NCBI GenBank assembly: GCA_016218215.1
Contig: JACREM010000047.1
Location: forward strand, 1 to 55,818
DNA: 55,818 bases
Source of the DNA: Candidatus Gottesmanbacteria bacterium
GTDB taxonomy: Bacteria > Patescibacteriota > Microgenomatia > UBA10105 > UBA927
Direction of reading: 5' to 3'
A program made the translations under genes and the position numbers. A model generated the notes under the pieces. It searched no databases. It was not told where the DNA came from and saw nothing but the letters and a program-made list of their open reading frames with translations. This document shows positions 54,735-55,818 of this stretch, piece by piece; position 1 is the stretch's first letter; the number at the start of each line of letters is the position of its first letter.

Positions 54735-54750
54735 AATAATCAACTGCTTC

Positions 54751-54779
54751 TTGCAATTATTAAATATGTGTCATATTAT
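54751..54779 (+). promoter_or_regulatory. Putative promoter of the CBS gene
   Basis: TTGCAA-N17-TATTAT. Confidence 0.5.
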
Positions 54780-54803
54780 GCACTGTAATTCTGCCTCTTT
54801 CTC

Positions 54804-55818
54804 ATGTATTACAGATCAATACTAGACCTCATTGGAAATACTCCACTTGTAAAAGTTAATGCGCTTAATCCAAATCCAAACGTAACTCTCCTCTCAAAAC
54901 TTGAATATTTTAATCCCGGTGGTTCAGTCAAAGATCGTATTGGTACGACCATGATTGATCGTGCCGAGAGACTTGGAAAGTTAAAACCTGGAGGAACCAT
55001 CGTCGAGCCTACGTCGGGAAATACCGGCACTGGTCTTGCCATGGTAGCGTCAATACGAGGATATAAAACAATCTTTGTCATGCCGGATAAAATGAGCGAC
55101 GAAAAGAGAAATTTACTTCGCGCATACGGTGCAAAGGTGGTCATCACTCCTACGGCAGTGCTTGCTGAAGATGAACGGAGTTACTATAAAGTGTCAGATA
55201 GACTTGCAAAAGAAATAAAAGGAGCCTATAAGCCGGATCAATACCACAATCCGGCAAACCCTGACGCACATTACAAAACTACAGGACCTGAAATCTGGAA
55301 CCAGACAGAAGGGAAAATTACCCATTTTGTCTGCGGCATGGGTACAGGAGGGACAATCACAGGAGTTGGAAAATATCTCAAAGAGAAAAATCCAAAAATC
55401 CAGATTATCGGAGTAGATCCGGTAGGATCAGTATATACTGAATATAAAAAATCTGGTAAATTTCCTAAGATATTTAAAACGTATAAAGTGGAGGGAGTGG
55501 GAGAAGATTTTATCCCTACCACTATTGATTTTCAATATATAGACGATGTTATACAGGTTGCAGATCAGGAATGTTTTCTGACAGCCCGAGAGTACGCCAG
55601 AAAAGAAGGCATACTCGTTGGTGGATCTTCTGGTATGGCGCTGTACGCAGCTCTTCGGCTCTCAAAAAAATTAACAGCAGGTACCATTGTGGTACTCCTG
55701 CCTGACAGCGGAAAATCATACCTCACAAAAATGTATAACGATGTATGGATGCGGGAAAACGGATTTTTACCACACGCATCTGAGGGTGTCACTATAGGAC
55801 AAGTTCTTTCAAAGAAAA
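54804..55818 (+). CDS. Cystathionine beta-synthase / cysteine synthase family PLP enzyme (partial, runs off window end)
   Basis: Not in the ORF track. Reads MYYRSILDLIGNTPLV..KLEYFNPGGSVKDRI..EPTSGNTG..MPDKMSDEK..SYY..DQYHNPAN..GMGTGGT..YKVEGVGEDF..PDSGKSYLTK and continues past the catalytic domain, as in CBS-type enzymes. Confidence 0.88.
   Translation, partial: MYYRSILDLIGNTPLVKVNALNPNPNVTLLSKLEYFNPGGSVKDRIGTTMIDRAERLGKLKPGGTIVEPTSGNTGTGLAMVASIRGYKTIFVMPDKMSDEKRNLLRAYGAKVVITPTAVLAEDERSYYKVSDRLAKEIKGAYKPDQYHNPANPDAHYKTTGPEIWNQTEGKITHFVCGMGTGGTITGVGKYLKEKNPKIQIIGVDPVGSVYTEYKKSGKFPKIFKTYKVEGVGEDFIPTTIDFQYIDDVIQVADQECFLTAREYARKEGILVGGSSGMALYAALRLSKKLTAGTIVVLLPDSGKSYLTKMYNDVWMRENGFLPHASEGVTIGQVLSKK

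Overview
Chromosomal segment of a genome-reduced bacterium using genetic code 11. Gene content suggests Patescibacteria/CPR, probably Microgenomates-like; this is inference from a short EF-Ts, tsf-frr-rseP without pyrH/uppS/cdsA/dxr, archaeal-type PGI/PMI and ProRS, and a DUF5678 + retropepsin pair. From left to right: the right end of an IS200-type element interrupting a Kelch-repeat gene; a GT4 glycosyltransferase; tRNA-Glu followed by a decayed variable region; an SOS cassette (small ORF-dinB) followed by rarA, NUDIX and holA; a gluconeogenesis-oriented cluster (pmm, pgi/pmi, ppsA, eno, gpmI, FBP aldolase/phosphatase, acsA); lexA divergent from uvrB-uvrA-transglutaminase-uvrC-yvlD-yvcK-secG; a MacAB-like exporter; add-guaB-glyA; rpsB-tsf-frr-rseP; a T-box-controlled proBAC-csaA-proS operon; rpsU-yqeY-ybeY-dnaX-ybaB; and adenosine kinase, ahcY and a partial cystathionine beta-synthase. 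The most notable signals are non-coding or sub-genic: an atypical T-box riboswitch with no recognisable canonical Stem I, a TTCGG-N6-TTTGG direct-repeat operator shared by lexA and dinB, three unassigned structured leaders (add, rpsB, ahcY), many apparently leaderless promoters, and 7-nt-period repeats lying in frame inside housekeeping enzymes. No CRISPR array, rRNA or prophage was seen. All RNA structures were paired by eye, and product calls come from motif recognition, not database searches.
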